Shown: one piece after another, positions 10,093-20,637 of the stretch
Layout: every line of letters begins with the position of its first letter
Position numbering within the stretch: position 1 is the first letter of the stretch
Position numbers and translations under genes: made by a program
From: an uncultured Methylomirabilota bacterium
Lineage (GTDB): Bacteria; Methylomirabilota; Methylomirabilia; Methylomirabilales; 2-02-FULL-66-22
Assembly: GCA_963714585.1 (NCBI GenBank)
Contig: CAVQPC010000077.1
Location: forward strand, 3,878-67,877
DNA length: 64,000 bases
Direction: 5' to 3'
The notes under the pieces: generated by a model
Told to the model about the DNA's origin: nothing
Seen by the model: the letters and a program-made list of their open reading frames with translations, nothing else
Databases searched by the model: none

Positions 10093-11919
10093 GCCGCTCC
10101 ACTCCCTCCGGGCAGCCAGATGGTAAAGCGGGTCCCCTTCCCCAGCTCACTGGCCACCTCGATGCTCCCATGATGGTCCATCACGATCCGGCGGCTGATG
10201 GCGAGGCCCAAGCCTGTCCCCTTGCCCACGCCCTTGGTACTGAAAAAGGGATCGAAGATCCGCGGGAGGTTCTCGGGGGAAATTCCCGTGCCGGTATCCT
10301 CAATGCTGGCCTCTGCGCCGAGCGAGGCGGGGCGGCCGCTGCGCCGAGCGCGATCGGGGGTGGGCGTGGCCCGGGTCCGGAGCGTGAGCGTCCCCCCGTC
10401 CGGCATGGCGTGCCAGGCGTTGATCACGATGTTGAGGAAGGCCTGCTCCAACTGGTTCGCATCGCCCGTGATGGAGAGGGAGATCCTCCTGGAAATCCGT
10501 CTGAACGGTGATCTGTCCCCTGACGATCGGATGCTCTGTGAGGCCCAGCACCTCCCGGAGCAGCGCATTGAGCTTCAAGGGCTCCAGCTCCATCCGGGTG
10601 GGCCGGGCAAAGTTCAAGAGCTGCTGGATGAGCTTGGTGATCCGGTCGGTCTGGGCGACGATGATCTCCAGTTCATGCGGCCGCTGTCCCTCGGCGCCCC
10701 ATTCCATCATGAGGTACTCGGCGGACCCGGAGATCACGTTGAGCGGGGTCCCGATCTGGTGGGCGATCCCCGCGGCGAGCTGGCCGATCACGGCCAGCTT
10801 CTCGGCTTGCTGCACCTCCTGGGCGAGGGCGACGCGATCGCTCACGTCCTCGATGGCCAGGACCGCTCCGGCGATCTCGCTCGTCTGGTCCTGCAGGGCA
10901 CTGCCCCGGATGTTGAGGACCACCCGGCCGCGGCGGATCGTCTCGTGCTCGAAGTGGCGCAGCGTGAAATCCCGGCGTTGCCCCCGGAAGAGGCTGTCCA
11001 GTTCCTTCTTCAGCCCTTCCCGATCCAGAGCGGGGAACGCCTCGAACAGGTCGCGGCCCAAGACCTCCGCTTCGGGGATCCCGTACCGGTCGGCCATCGC
11101 CCGATTCCACGTCCGGATGCGTCCGGCGGCATCCAAGCCGATGATGCCGTCGGTGATGCTCTGGACCACGTTCTGCGCGTACTCGCTTTCCCGCACGAGA
11201 TGCTGGCGGGCCTCCTCCAGGTTGCGAGCCAGGGCGTTGAACTCCTGCGCCAGGCGGGCCACCTCGTCCCGCCCCGATACGATCACGTCCTCGGGGATCT
11301 GCCCGCGGCCCAGAACCGCCGCGCGCTCCATGAGCCCTGCCAGCGGCACGGTCACCGTTCGCCGGATCGTGATGGAGATCAGGACCGCCAGGACGATGGA
11401 GACCATGGCCAGCATGCTGAGGAAGTAGTTGCGCTCGTGAGCCAGCACCGCCTGAACGTCCTCCAGGCTTTCGGAGACCTTGAGGCCGCCGAGCAGTTCC
11501 CCGCCCGCCGTCAAGGCTATGAGGTGACTGCCCAGCGGAATCCCGCTTGCCTGCTCCACACTCCCCACGCCGCGCGGGAGGCTGGTCAGGGCCATCAGTT
11601 CCTGCCGGCTCACGCCTCCGGCCCAGGCGTCCAGCCCCCAGGTGAGGATCGGGTGACCCTCCTGGTCGTAGACGACGAGGCCGAAGCGCTTCTTGTCGAG
11701 AGCCGAGCGCTCCACGATGTTGGAGATCTCAGCGGGTCTCTTGCGCCACAGGGCATCCGTCACCGAGATCGCCAGGGTGTTGGCGAGGCGCTCCACGGAT
11801 TCCCGCACTTCGCCCTGATGGAGTTGTTGTTCTCGGTGCAGAGTTATGGCTGCGTAGCCGATCAAGAGCAGGAGGATCGGGAGCAGGACCCACAGGGTCA
11901 ATTTCCCTCCCAGGCTCAT
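10089..11919 (-). pseudogene. HAMP/PAS sensor histidine kinase with an interrupted reading frame
   Basis: The N-terminal 560 aa (TM, HAMP, PAS, H-box HQIGTPLN) and the HATPase part (GDANQLEQAFLNIVINAWHAM...GTGLGLAI) sit in different frames; the switch is at about 10470-10490. Confidence 0.8.
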
Positions 11920-12336
11920 CTTGCCCTCCCGGAGGCACGCTGAAGGACTGAAGGCGCGGCGAAGCGATCGGTGGCTGTTGAGCAACTGCACGCCGTTCGA
12001 TTGCCGGGATCGTTATTCGAAGCGTTGCGACGGGGATCCGCGAAGATATGGGGCATCAATCCCCTCCGCGACCTACTCTAACCGGGATGGGTCACCGCCG
12101 CAATTGGTTGAGCATGAATGTCTCAAGTTGGACACAATGTCCCGTTCTCCGGTCGTCACAGCCTGAGACGGGCATGGGGGCGCGCAGAGCCAAATTCCCC
12201 CAAGCTGAATGACAGGTCCACAGGGGGATGCCGGCAGGGGCATTGAGCGGTCCGAACTGCGAAGGTGAGGTCGCAGCGATTCGGTTCGCCTGCTATACTT
12301 GGGCCGCCGGATGACTGGAAAGGAGAGGACGCAACC

Positions 12337-12540
12337 GTGGCGAGCCGCTGGCTGCTCGAGACCGAGCCGGGAGAATACTCGTTCGGCGATCTGGTGCGCG
12401 ACAGACAGACTGCATGGGACGGCGTCATGAATGCGGCGGATCCCAGATTCCGAAGGTTCGATCTCGTCCGACTGCCTCGGCTCTCCGTCATGCCCGTTCC
12501 GGAGCCACTGTGGCGGGCCATCCTGCTCAAGACCAAGGCG
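12337..12540 (+). pseudogene. EVE (PUA-like) domain remnant with an internal deletion
   Basis: GGAGAGG RBS then GTG. The N-terminus RWLLETEPGEYSFGDLVRDRQTAWDGV is joined in frame to the C-terminal motif FDLVRLPRLSVMPVPEPLWRAIL; about 70 central residues are missing. Confidence 0.45.
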
Positions 12541-12751
12541 GTGGATCTGTTCGACGCGACGGTGGCGGAGCCGCCACTCAGGGATCGCGTCGAGCAGATT
12601 CAGGCCATAGGTCTGTCTCACGTCCCTGAAGATTCCTGGCCCACAAGGCGTCTCTCGGCATGTAGGGCTGCAGCCTCGACGACCCGTGGTCGGAGGGGCG
12701 GAGAGGAGGCTGCCATGAAGCCCGAAGTTGCACGCATCCTGCGCGAGGCGG

Positions 12752-14152
12752 ATGTCGACCCGCTGGAAGCCGGTTGAGGTGGAGTACGGGCCGACGACTT
12801 TTCAGGTGGCCGTTCCGCCGGATTGCCGGGTCCTGGAGATGCAGGAGGTCCCGCCCCCGACGAATCCGGGCGAGCGGATTCGAGCATCCCTTTCCCATCC
12901 CATCGGCACGAAGCCCCTGCCGGAGATCCTCCGGGCAAAGGGGAAGTCCCTCGGGGATCTCACCGTCTGCATCACCACCTCCGATATTACCCGCCCCGTT
13001 CCCTACAAGGGCGAGAAAGGGATCCTGCCGCCCTTCCTGGCGCTGCTCCAGCAGGTCGGCGTCGCGCGGGAGCACATCACCCTCTTGGTGGGGACGGGGA
13101 CCCATCGGCCGAGCACCGAAGAGGAGAAGGTGGCCATGTTCGGCGAGGATGTGGCCGCGCAATATCGCATCGTGGATCATGACTGCGACAACGATGCGGG
13201 GCTGGTAGACATCGGGAAAACCAGGACCGGCAACGAAATCTTGATCAACCGCCGTTTCTACGAGGCGGACGTCAAGATCGCCACCGCCCTGGTGGAGAGC
13301 CACTTCATGGCAGGCGCCTCCGGCGGCAGGAAGGCGGTCTGTCCCGCCCTGGTCAGCCGCCGAACCATCGCGAGGTTCCACAGCGCAGAGGTCCTGGACT
13401 CTCCGCTGGCGACGAACCTCGTCCTGGAGGGGAACCCCTGCCACGAGGAGGCCCTGGAGATCGCGCAAAAAGCCGGGGTCGATTTCATCATCAACACCGT
13501 CTTGAACCGGCGCCTGGAGCTGATCGATGTGTTTTCCGGGGATCTGATCCACGCGCACGCCAAGGCTGTCCAGCTCCTGCGGAGCATCGTGGCCATTCCC
13601 GTGGATCGGGAATACGACATCGTGCTGACCCACGGCGGGTACGTGGGCATCAACCACTACCAGAACGCGAAGGCGGCCGTGAACGCCCTGCCGGTCGTGA
13701 CGGAGGGGGGCATCATCATCCTGGCGGCTTGCGAGCGCGACCTGGATCCCATCGGGCCGCTCACTTACAAGACCCTCCTCCACCTCCTCAAGCTTCAGGG
13801 ATCGGCCGCATATCTCTCCACCCTCATGCATCCGGGCTGGCGGTTCACCAAGGATCAGTGGGAGCCGCAGATGTGGGGCAAGGTCCTGGACAAGGTGGGT
13901 GAGGAGGGACTGATCTACTGCTCGGCGCGTCTTTCGGAGGAGCAGCACCAGCTCGTCCCCGGCGGAATGGGCTGGGACTACCTGCCGGACGGGAAGTATG
14001 CAGACGACGCGGAGCAGGCCCGGACCATGGTGCAGAATGCCGTGATCGCGGCGGTGCAGCATCCGAGGTGGGGCGGCCGATCTCCCAGCGTCGCCTTCAT
14101 CAAGGAAGGCCCGTACGCCGTGCCGGTCCGCAGCGAGGCAGCCGCCAGCTAG
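12752..14152 (+). CDS. LarA-family nickel-pincer-dependent 2-hydroxyacid racemase/epimerase
   Basis: DUF2088/LarA motifs: LVGTGTHRPSTEEE and SHFMAGASGGRKAVCPAL (GGRK tether-lysine context). Confidence 0.85.
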   Translation: MSTRWKPVEVEYGPTTFQVAVPPDCRVLEMQEVPPPTNPGERIRASLSHPIGTKPLPEILRAKGKSLGDLTVCITTSDITRPVPYKGEKGILPPFLALLQQVGVAREHITLLVGTGTHRPSTEEEKVAMFGEDVAAQYRIVDHDCDNDAGLVDIGKTRTGNEILINRRFYEADVKIATALVESHFMAGASGGRKAVCPALVSRRTIARFHSAEVLDSPLATNLVLEGNPCHEEALEIAQKAGVDFIINTVLNRRLELIDVFSGDLIHAHAKAVQLLRSIVAIPVDREYDIVLTHGGYVGINHYQNAKAAVNALPVVTEGGIIILAACERDLDPIGPLTYKTLLHLLKLQGSAAYLSTLMHPGWRFTKDQWEPQMWGKVLDKVGEEGLIYCSARLSEEQHQLVPGGMGWDYLPDGKYADDAEQARTMVQNAVIAAVQHPRWGGRSPSVAFIKEGPYAVPVRSEAAAS

Positions 14153-14314
14153 GGACGCGCGGGTCTCTGCGGGGAGGGGGGCAGCGCTTTGGCGTGCACC
14201 TGTTCCCGAGAGGCCACGACCGGCCGCGCTTCCGCCTTTGGTTTTCCCGGCGCGCGTGGTAGTCTCTCCCGCCGAATTTCTCTTCCGATCGAATCTCATT
14301 CAGGAGGATTCCGC

Positions 14315-15720
14315 ATGAGTGCCATCTCCCTGTCGGAGATCGTGAACGACCTGCGAGCCCTGGGCCTCTCGTCCGGGTTCGATCCCCATCTGCCGGAGGG
14401 CGCGCAGCCGCCCGTCGACGTCCTCGACCGGTGGGCCCGAGCGGCGGCTCTGGCAGAGCCGGACGCCCGCCAGGCGGCCATCTGGGCCATCCGGGAGGCC
14501 GCGCGCGCCTCGGGGGTCGTGCCGGCCTCGATCCAGGGGCTGTACGCGGCGCGGGGCCAGGGCCGCTGGGGCGGGCGGACGGTGCCGGCCATGAACCTGC
14601 GCGGCTGGACCTACCAGACCAGCCGGGCGGCGTTTCGCGCCGCGCAGAAGATGGGGGCCTCTCTCCTGATCTTCGAGCAGGCCCTGGCGGAGGCGCTCTA
14701 CGCCCGGCAGTCGCCGGCGGAGTACACCGCCGGGGTCCTGGCCGCCGCCATGCGCGAGGGGTATCGCGGACCGCTCTTCCTCCAGGCCGACCATGACCAG
14801 GTGAACGCAGGCAGCTTTGCCAGGGATTCCGCCGCGGAGATCCAGCGCCTGTCGGAGGTGATCCGGGAGCAGGTGGCCGCCAGCTTCTTCAATATCGACA
14901 TCGATGCCTCCACGGTGGTGGACCTGTCCCTCCCCACGCTCCGGTCGAGCAGCAGCGGCTGAACGCCGAGCTCACCGCCCGGTTCACCCGGCTGGTGCGG
15001 GAACTGGAGCCGCCGGGGGTGACGATCTCTGTCGGGGCGGAGATCGGCGAGGTGGGCGCGCACAACACGACGCCGGACGAGCTGCGGGCGTTCATGGCCA
15101 CCTACCCGAAGGCCCTGGCCGCCGCCGGAGGCGGGGCCGGCATCAGCAAGGTCAGCGTGAACTCCGGCACCACGCACGGCGGGAAGGTCCTGCCCGACGG
15201 GAGCCTGGCCACGGTGACGGTGGCCTTCGACACCCTGGCCGAGATCTCCCGCGTGGGCCGCCAGGAGTTCGGCCTCGCCGGCGCAGTGCAGCATGGAGCC
15301 TCCACCTTGCCCATGTCGTATTTCAGCCGCTTCCCGGAGAGCGAGACGGTGGAGATCCATCTGGCCCTCGGCTTCAACAACCTCATCTTCGACCACCCCA
15401 AGCTGCCGCAGGCTGTGAAGGACGAGATCCGCTCGTACGTCTTCACCCAGCACGCCACCGAGCGGAAGCCGGACCAGACCGAGGCCCAGTTCATCTACAC
15501 GACGCGCAAAAAGGCCTGGGCCGGCATGAAGCCGCGGTTCTGGGACCTGCCGGGAGACATCCAGGAGGCCCTCATGGCCTCACTGGAAGAGATGTTTCGC
15601 GACATGTTCGAGCGGATGAACGCCGGAGGGACTGGCGAGCTTGTGGCGAAGTTCACCCGGGCACCTGCCGTCCCGGTGCCCGTCCCGTCGGTCCTGGCGG
15701 GACCGTTGGCGCGGTCCTGA
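14315..15720 (+). pseudogene. class II (metal-dependent) ketose-bisphosphate aldolase family protein with an interrupted reading frame
   Basis: AGGAGG RBS. The N-part (LQADHDQ...NIDIDAS) and the C-part (SVNSGTTHGG...AVQHGAS) are contiguous in homology but in different frames; the break is at about 14935-14945. Confidence 0.8.
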
Positions 15721-15848
15721 CGCCGGAACGTGGCCACGGCGGCCTGACCGGGATGATCGGCCGCTCGGAGAATCGGGCCGCCCATTCGGCGCCCCGGGCG
15801 CGTCCCTGCATCCCCGCACGCTACGGCGTGTGAGAGAGGAGAGCGGCT

Positions 15849-17132
15849 ATGTCGCGGGCTGAACGGGTGCTTCAGGTGTTGGCCGTCGCCCTGGCCGCCA
15901 TCCTGACGCTGGCCCCCCTCGCAACCCAGGCCGCACAGAAGGCCGAGGTCCGCTGGCTCCAGTGGAAGACGGCGGAGGTGGGCGAGAAGCTCATGAGCGA
16001 GATCAAGGCCGCCTTCGAGAGGGACAACCCCGGTATCACCCTGACCCTGGTGGACTCACCGTTCACCGGCTTCCACGACAAAGCCATCACCCTGTTTCAA
16101 GCGCAGAAGTCGGCCGACGTCCTCATGATCCAGGTGGACTGGGTGGCGGAGTACGCCGAGCTGGGGATGCTGGAACCCCTGGACGCCTGGATCGCCAAGG
16201 AGCCGACGGCGTTCACCGACAACATCTTTCCGGCCTTCCACCAGAAGTGGCAGGGGAAGCAGTACTACCTCCCGCTCCATTTCGGCTGCGTGGTCCTGTA
16301 CTGGAACACCGACATCTTCCGGGACGCAGGGATCCCGGGGCCGCCCAAGACCTGGGATGAGTACGTGAAGGTGGCCAAGAAAGTGACCAGCCCGGAGAAG
16401 AAGATCTACGCCACGACCGCCACGCTGCAGGCTGAGCCACCGACCGACCTCACCTCCGGTATCTACCCGCTGATCTACCAGGCGGGCGGCGATGTGATCG
16501 ACGAAAAGACCAACAAGGCGGTCTTCAACAGCCCGGCCGGGGTGAAGGCGATGCAGTGGTACATCGACCTGATCAACGCGTACAAGGTGACTGTCCCCGA
16601 TGTCCCGTCCAACGGCGAGAAGGAGCAGCGCGCGAACTTCGCCGCCGGCAACGTGGCCATGATGTTCGAAGGCCCCTGGGCGATTCCCATCCAGAAAAAC
16701 CTCAATCCCAACCTCAAGCTCGCGACCGCCCTGCTGCCAAAAGGGGTGACGACGGGGACCGTGGTCCGAGGGACGCTGGATGCGATCACGACGCAGGCCC
16801 AGAACAAGGAGGCAGCTTGGAAGTTCCTCCGCTGGATCTCCGGTCCTGTGGGGAGCGAGATCTGGGCGCGCGGGTCCGGCGACCTCCCGGCGCGGAAGGA
16901 CGTGGCGGACAGGCCGTACTTCAGAGAGAACAAGCTGCTGCAGCCCTTCATCCAGCAGATGAGCCTGCCGAACGCCAAGTCCCCGAACCTGGGGATGCCC
17001 AACGCGGTGCAGTTGAACAGGGCGTTGACCATCGAGATCCTGCAGGCGGTGCAGGGCAAGGAGAGCGTGAGGCAGGCCCTGGACGCCGCCGCCGCGGAGT
17101 GGAACAAGGCCCTGGCGAAGTATCAGAAGTAG
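15849..17132 (+). CDS. ABC transporter sugar-binding protein (family 1 SBP)
   Basis: Signal peptide and typical SBP_bac_1 pattern; GAGAGGAGAG RBS. Confidence 0.9.
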   Translation: MSRAERVLQVLAVALAAILTLAPLATQAAQKAEVRWLQWKTAEVGEKLMSEIKAAFERDNPGITLTLVDSPFTGFHDKAITLFQAQKSADVLMIQVDWVAEYAELGMLEPLDAWIAKEPTAFTDNIFPAFHQKWQGKQYYLPLHFGCVVLYWNTDIFRDAGIPGPPKTWDEYVKVAKKVTSPEKKIYATTATLQAEPPTDLTSGIYPLIYQAGGDVIDEKTNKAVFNSPAGVKAMQWYIDLINAYKVTVPDVPSNGEKEQRANFAAGNVAMMFEGPWAIPIQKNLNPNLKLATALLPKGVTTGTVVRGTLDAITTQAQNKEAAWKFLRWISGPVGSEIWARGSGDLPARKDVADRPYFRENKLLQPFIQQMSLPNAKSPNLGMPNAVQLNRALTIEILQAVQGKESVRQALDAAAAEWNKALAKYQK

Positions 17133-17290
17133 CCGATTCTTCCGTTGACACCCCATGGACCTGCCCCACCTTTCGCGAGGCGGGGCGGGTGGCCCTCTGC
17201 CGAAGGCCGGGCCTGCTCCCGGCCCCGCCGTCCTGGCAGGGTCCGTGGCAGAACGGAGGGCTGCGATGCGTCCTCGTCGCTGGGTGATTC

Positions 17291-17304
17291 TTGACAGGTG
17301 TCAA
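17291..17304. promoter_or_regulatory. 14-bp palindrome TTGACAGGTGTCAA, possible operator/-35 upstream of the second SBP gene
   Basis: Perfect inverted repeat TTGACA/TGTCAA in the 350-bp intergenic region. Confidence 0.3.
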
Positions 17305-17481
17305 ACGACTGTGCGATGGTATCGCCGCTCGGGCGCGCGAGGCGGGAGCGACCTGCGCGGCGTGACCGGCGATGCCGGCCACCCGAAGCGCCCGCCACCG
17401 GGCGCGGGGCCTCCCGAGGCTGCTCCCCGCTGAGACGACTGGGCCTCCGGCCGGAGGCATCGGAAAGGAGGGACAGGCATC

Positions 17482-18744
17482 ATGCGTGGCAAGGTTGGAG
17501 TGGGCACGGTGGCAGTCTGGGTGGCGGCGCTCGTCCTTCTCCTCGGCGTGGCCTTTCCACCCGGGACGGCTCTGGCGCAATCGCCCACGGTGGTCCGGTA
17601 CTGGCTGTGGTTGGACGATCCGACCGACCCCATGTTCGACCAGCTCGTCAAGGAGTTCAACGCGACCCACCCCGGCATCAAGGTCGAGTACCAGCTCGTG
17701 CCCCTCAGCGAGTACCACGACAAGCTGGTGACGGCGCTGGCGGCGGGGGCCGGGCCAGACGCCGGGCGCTTCAAGGACTGGTGGCTGGGGGAATTCGTGA
17801 AGCTCGACGCCCTGGAACCCCTGGCGAACGACATCGCGAAGTGGCCGGATCGGGGTGATGTCATCGAGAACCTCTGGAGCACGGGGCGGATCACGGCGAC
17901 GGGGCCCGTGTATATGCTGCCCCACCAGTTCATCACGTTTTACCTTTACTATCGCAAGGACTGGTTCGCTCAGGCCGGCCTCAAGCCCCCGGCCACCTTC
18001 GACGATTTCCTGGCGGCCGCCAGGAAGCTGACCGATCCTGCCAAGACCCAGTACGGCTTCGGCCTGCGGGGCGGGGCCGGCGGGCAGGATCAGTGGCTGG
18101 CCTTCATGGTGGCGGGTGGCGCCAGGATGGTGGATTCGCAGGGGAAGGTGGTTATCAACGACCCCACCGGGGTAAAGGTCAACCAGTGGTACATCGACCT
18201 GTTCCGCGTGGACAGAGTGGCGCCCCCCAGCGCGCCGACCGACGCCTATGCTCAGGTCCTGGGGGCCTTCGAGGCGGACCACACGGCCATGTTCGCCCAC
18301 CACGTGGGCAGCTCCGTGCTGGTCACCCAGAAGCTGGGCGCGGGGAGCGTGGGCGTCGTCCCCATCCCGGCCGCCGATCCGAAGAAGCCGGCGACGATGG
18401 CCACCATGTCGGGCAATGTGGTCTTCGGGGGCAGCAAGCAGAAGCAGGCTGCCTTCACCTTCATCTCGTGGCTGAGCGAGACCAAGGCCATGGACAAGTG
18501 GAGCGGCTCTCGCCAGGGCCAGTTGCCCGTTCTGCAATCGGTGGCGAAGCTCCCGCGCTACACGGACAACATCTTCTTCAAGGTGTCCCTGGAAGAGGCC
18601 AATTACGCCATTACCTGGCCGCCCCTCCCCGGTGTGGGATACGTGGCGGCGCAGGCCTGGCAGGCCAACATGCAGCGGGCGCTGCTGGGCCAGATCAGCA
18701 GCAAGGACATGCTGGATGAGATCGCCAAGGCCCTGCAGCGCTAG
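17482..18744 (+). CDS. second ABC transporter sugar-binding protein (family 1 SBP)
   Basis: Signal peptide and SBP_bac_1 pattern; AAGGAGGG RBS. Confidence 0.9.
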   Translation: MRGKVGVGTVAVWVAALVLLLGVAFPPGTALAQSPTVVRYWLWLDDPTDPMFDQLVKEFNATHPGIKVEYQLVPLSEYHDKLVTALAAGAGPDAGRFKDWWLGEFVKLDALEPLANDIAKWPDRGDVIENLWSTGRITATGPVYMLPHQFITFYLYYRKDWFAQAGLKPPATFDDFLAAARKLTDPAKTQYGFGLRGGAGGQDQWLAFMVAGGARMVDSQGKVVINDPTGVKVNQWYIDLFRVDRVAPPSAPTDAYAQVLGAFEADHTAMFAHHVGSSVLVTQKLGAGSVGVVPIPAADPKKPATMATMSGNVVFGGSKQKQAAFTFISWLSETKAMDKWSGSRQGQLPVLQSVAKLPRYTDNIFFKVSLEEANYAITWPPLPGVGYVAAQAWQANMQRALLGQISSKDMLDEIAKALQR

Positions 18745-19648
18745 CCTGCCCGGGCACAGACACGGGAGGGGCGGGACCTGGGTCCTGCCCCTCTTTCTGC
18801 TTTCGCCGGCGCTCGTGCTCCTGGGCGGGATCGTCGCCTATCCGATCGGGCGGGCCGTCTGGCTCAGCGTCCACCACCTGGAGATCCTGCGCCCCGACCA
18901 GACGCAGTTCGTTGGCCTCCGGAACTACCGGGAGCTCTGGCAGGACCCGGTCCTGCGCATCGCGCTCGGCAATTCCGTGGTGTGGGTGGTGGGGGTGGTG
19001 CTCTTTCAGCTCCTGGGCGGACTGGCAGGGGCCATCGTCCTGAACCGGCGATTCTCCGGCCGGGCCGTGGTTCGCGGGCTGGCGCTGATCCCCTGGGCGA
19101 CCCCCAGCGTCCTGGTGGCGCTGATGTGGACCTGGATGCTGGACGGCAACTACGGACTCATCAACGACCTGCTGGTGAAGGTCGGCCTGCTCTCCCGGTT
19201 CCAGCCCTGGCTGGCGCAGCCCTGGTCCGCCCTGCCGGCCGTGATGCTGGCGGATATCTGGCAGGGCATCCCCTTCTTCGCGGTGATGCTCCTGGCGGCT
19301 CTCCAGGCCATTCCCGAGGAGCTGTTCGAGGCGGCGCGCATCGACGGGGCCTCCGCCTGGCGCGTCTTCCGGCATGTCACCTTCCCGCTGCTGCTCCCCA
19401 CGGTGCTCATCACCAGCATGCTGCGGATGATCTGGACCGCCAACTACATGGACCTGATCATGATCATGACGGGAGGCGGCCCCGGCTACAGCAGCTTGAC
19501 CGTGCCGCTGCACGCCTACTACATCGCGTACAAGCGACTCGACTTCGGCTACGGCTCCACCATCGCCATCGTCCAGGTGGCCGTCCTGGCCCTGGCGATC
19601 GTGGCCTACCTGCGCCAGCTCCGCAAGACCGAGGTGATGATCCAATGA
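18716..19648 (+). CDS. ABC sugar transporter permease (MalF/UgpA-like)
   Basis: Six TM segments and the EAA loop (EELFEAARIDGASAWRVFRHVTFPLL); start codon uncertain (ATG at 18716 overlaps the SBP end). Confidence 0.85.
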   Translation: MRSPRPCSASLPGHRHGRGGTWVLPLFLLSPALVLLGGIVAYPIGRAVWLSVHHLEILRPDQTQFVGLRNYRELWQDPVLRIALGNSVVWVVGVVLFQLLGGLAGAIVLNRRFSGRAVVRGLALIPWATPSVLVALMWTWMLDGNYGLINDLLVKVGLLSRFQPWLAQPWSALPAVMLADIWQGIPFFAVMLLAALQAIPEELFEAARIDGASAWRVFRHVTFPLLLPTVLITSMLRMIWTANYMDLIMIMTGGGPGYSSLTVPLHAYYIAYKRLDFGYGSTIAIVQVAVLALAIVAYLRQLRKTEVMIQ

Positions 19649-20487
19649 GTGGCCGCGGCCTGCGTCGCGCCTGGGGTGCGGTCAGGCTCTGGCTGCCGCT
19701 GGCGGCCTGGCTGGGATTCGTCCTCGCCCCCTACGCCTGGATGTTCATCACGTCCATCAAGCCTCCGGACGAGCTGTACACCAAGGTCGTGGATTACTGG
19801 CCCCGCCGTCCCACGTTCGAGGGATATCGCCTGCTGCTGGAGACCACTCCCTTCCTGATCTACATGCGCAACAGCGGGATCGTGGCGCTCTCGACGTGCG
19901 CGGTCGCGCTGGTGGTGGCCGTGTCAGCAGCCTACTGTTTCTCCCGTCTCCACTTTCGCGGGAAGGGGATTCTCCTCTTCGGCTTCCTGGTGACCCAGCT
20001 ATTTCCCTCCGTGCTCCTGGTCCTCCCCCTGTTCCTCATCATGCGGTCCCTGGGAATCCTGAATACGCCGCCCGCGCTGATCCTGGCCCACAGCACCTTC
20101 GCGGTGCCGTTCTCCACCTGGCTGCTGACCGGATTTTTCAACGCCATTCCGCGCGAGCTGGACGAGGCGGCCACCATCGACGGCTGCAGTCGCCTGCAGG
20201 CCTTCCGCTTCGTCCTGCTGCCGCTGTCCGCGCCGGGCCTGGCCGCGGCGCTCACCTACATCTTCATCTATTCCTGGAACGAGTTCATCTACGCCCTGAC
20301 CTTCACCGCGGATCTGCGGGCGCGGACGATCCCGGTGGGGCTGCAGACCTTCATGGGGGAGTTCATCATCCGCTGGGACCTCCTCACGGCCGGGGGAGTG
20401 ATCACGGCCCTGCCGATCGTCTTCTTCTTCATGCTGGTCCAGCGACACCTGATCGCCGGCCTGACGGCGGGGGCGGTCAAGGGCTAG
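19645..20487 (+). CDS. ABC sugar transporter permease (MalG/UgpE-like)
   Basis: ATGA overlap with the upstream permease; EAA loop ELDEAATIDGCSRLQAFRFVLLPL. Confidence 0.9.
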   Translation: MSGRGLRRAWGAVRLWLPLAAWLGFVLAPYAWMFITSIKPPDELYTKVVDYWPRRPTFEGYRLLLETTPFLIYMRNSGIVALSTCAVALVVAVSAAYCFSRLHFRGKGILLFGFLVTQLFPSVLLVLPLFLIMRSLGILNTPPALILAHSTFAVPFSTWLLTGFFNAIPRELDEAATIDGCSRLQAFRFVLLPLSAPGLAAALTYIFIYSWNEFIYALTFTADLRARTIPVGLQTFMGEFIIRWDLLTAGGVITALPIVFFFMLVQRHLIAGLTAGAVKG

Positions 20488-20637
20488 CTTCCCACCTGCC
20501 CGTCCTGATTCCTTGCATTGTCCTGAACTCTTGGGCACACGTTCCAGGACGGTGGTCTCGCCCTCGGCAGCCAGCCTTTGCCAGGCTGGTCTCCTCGTCC
20601 GGGGATGGGGGCCGTGGGCTTTTCGCCGGACCGGAGG

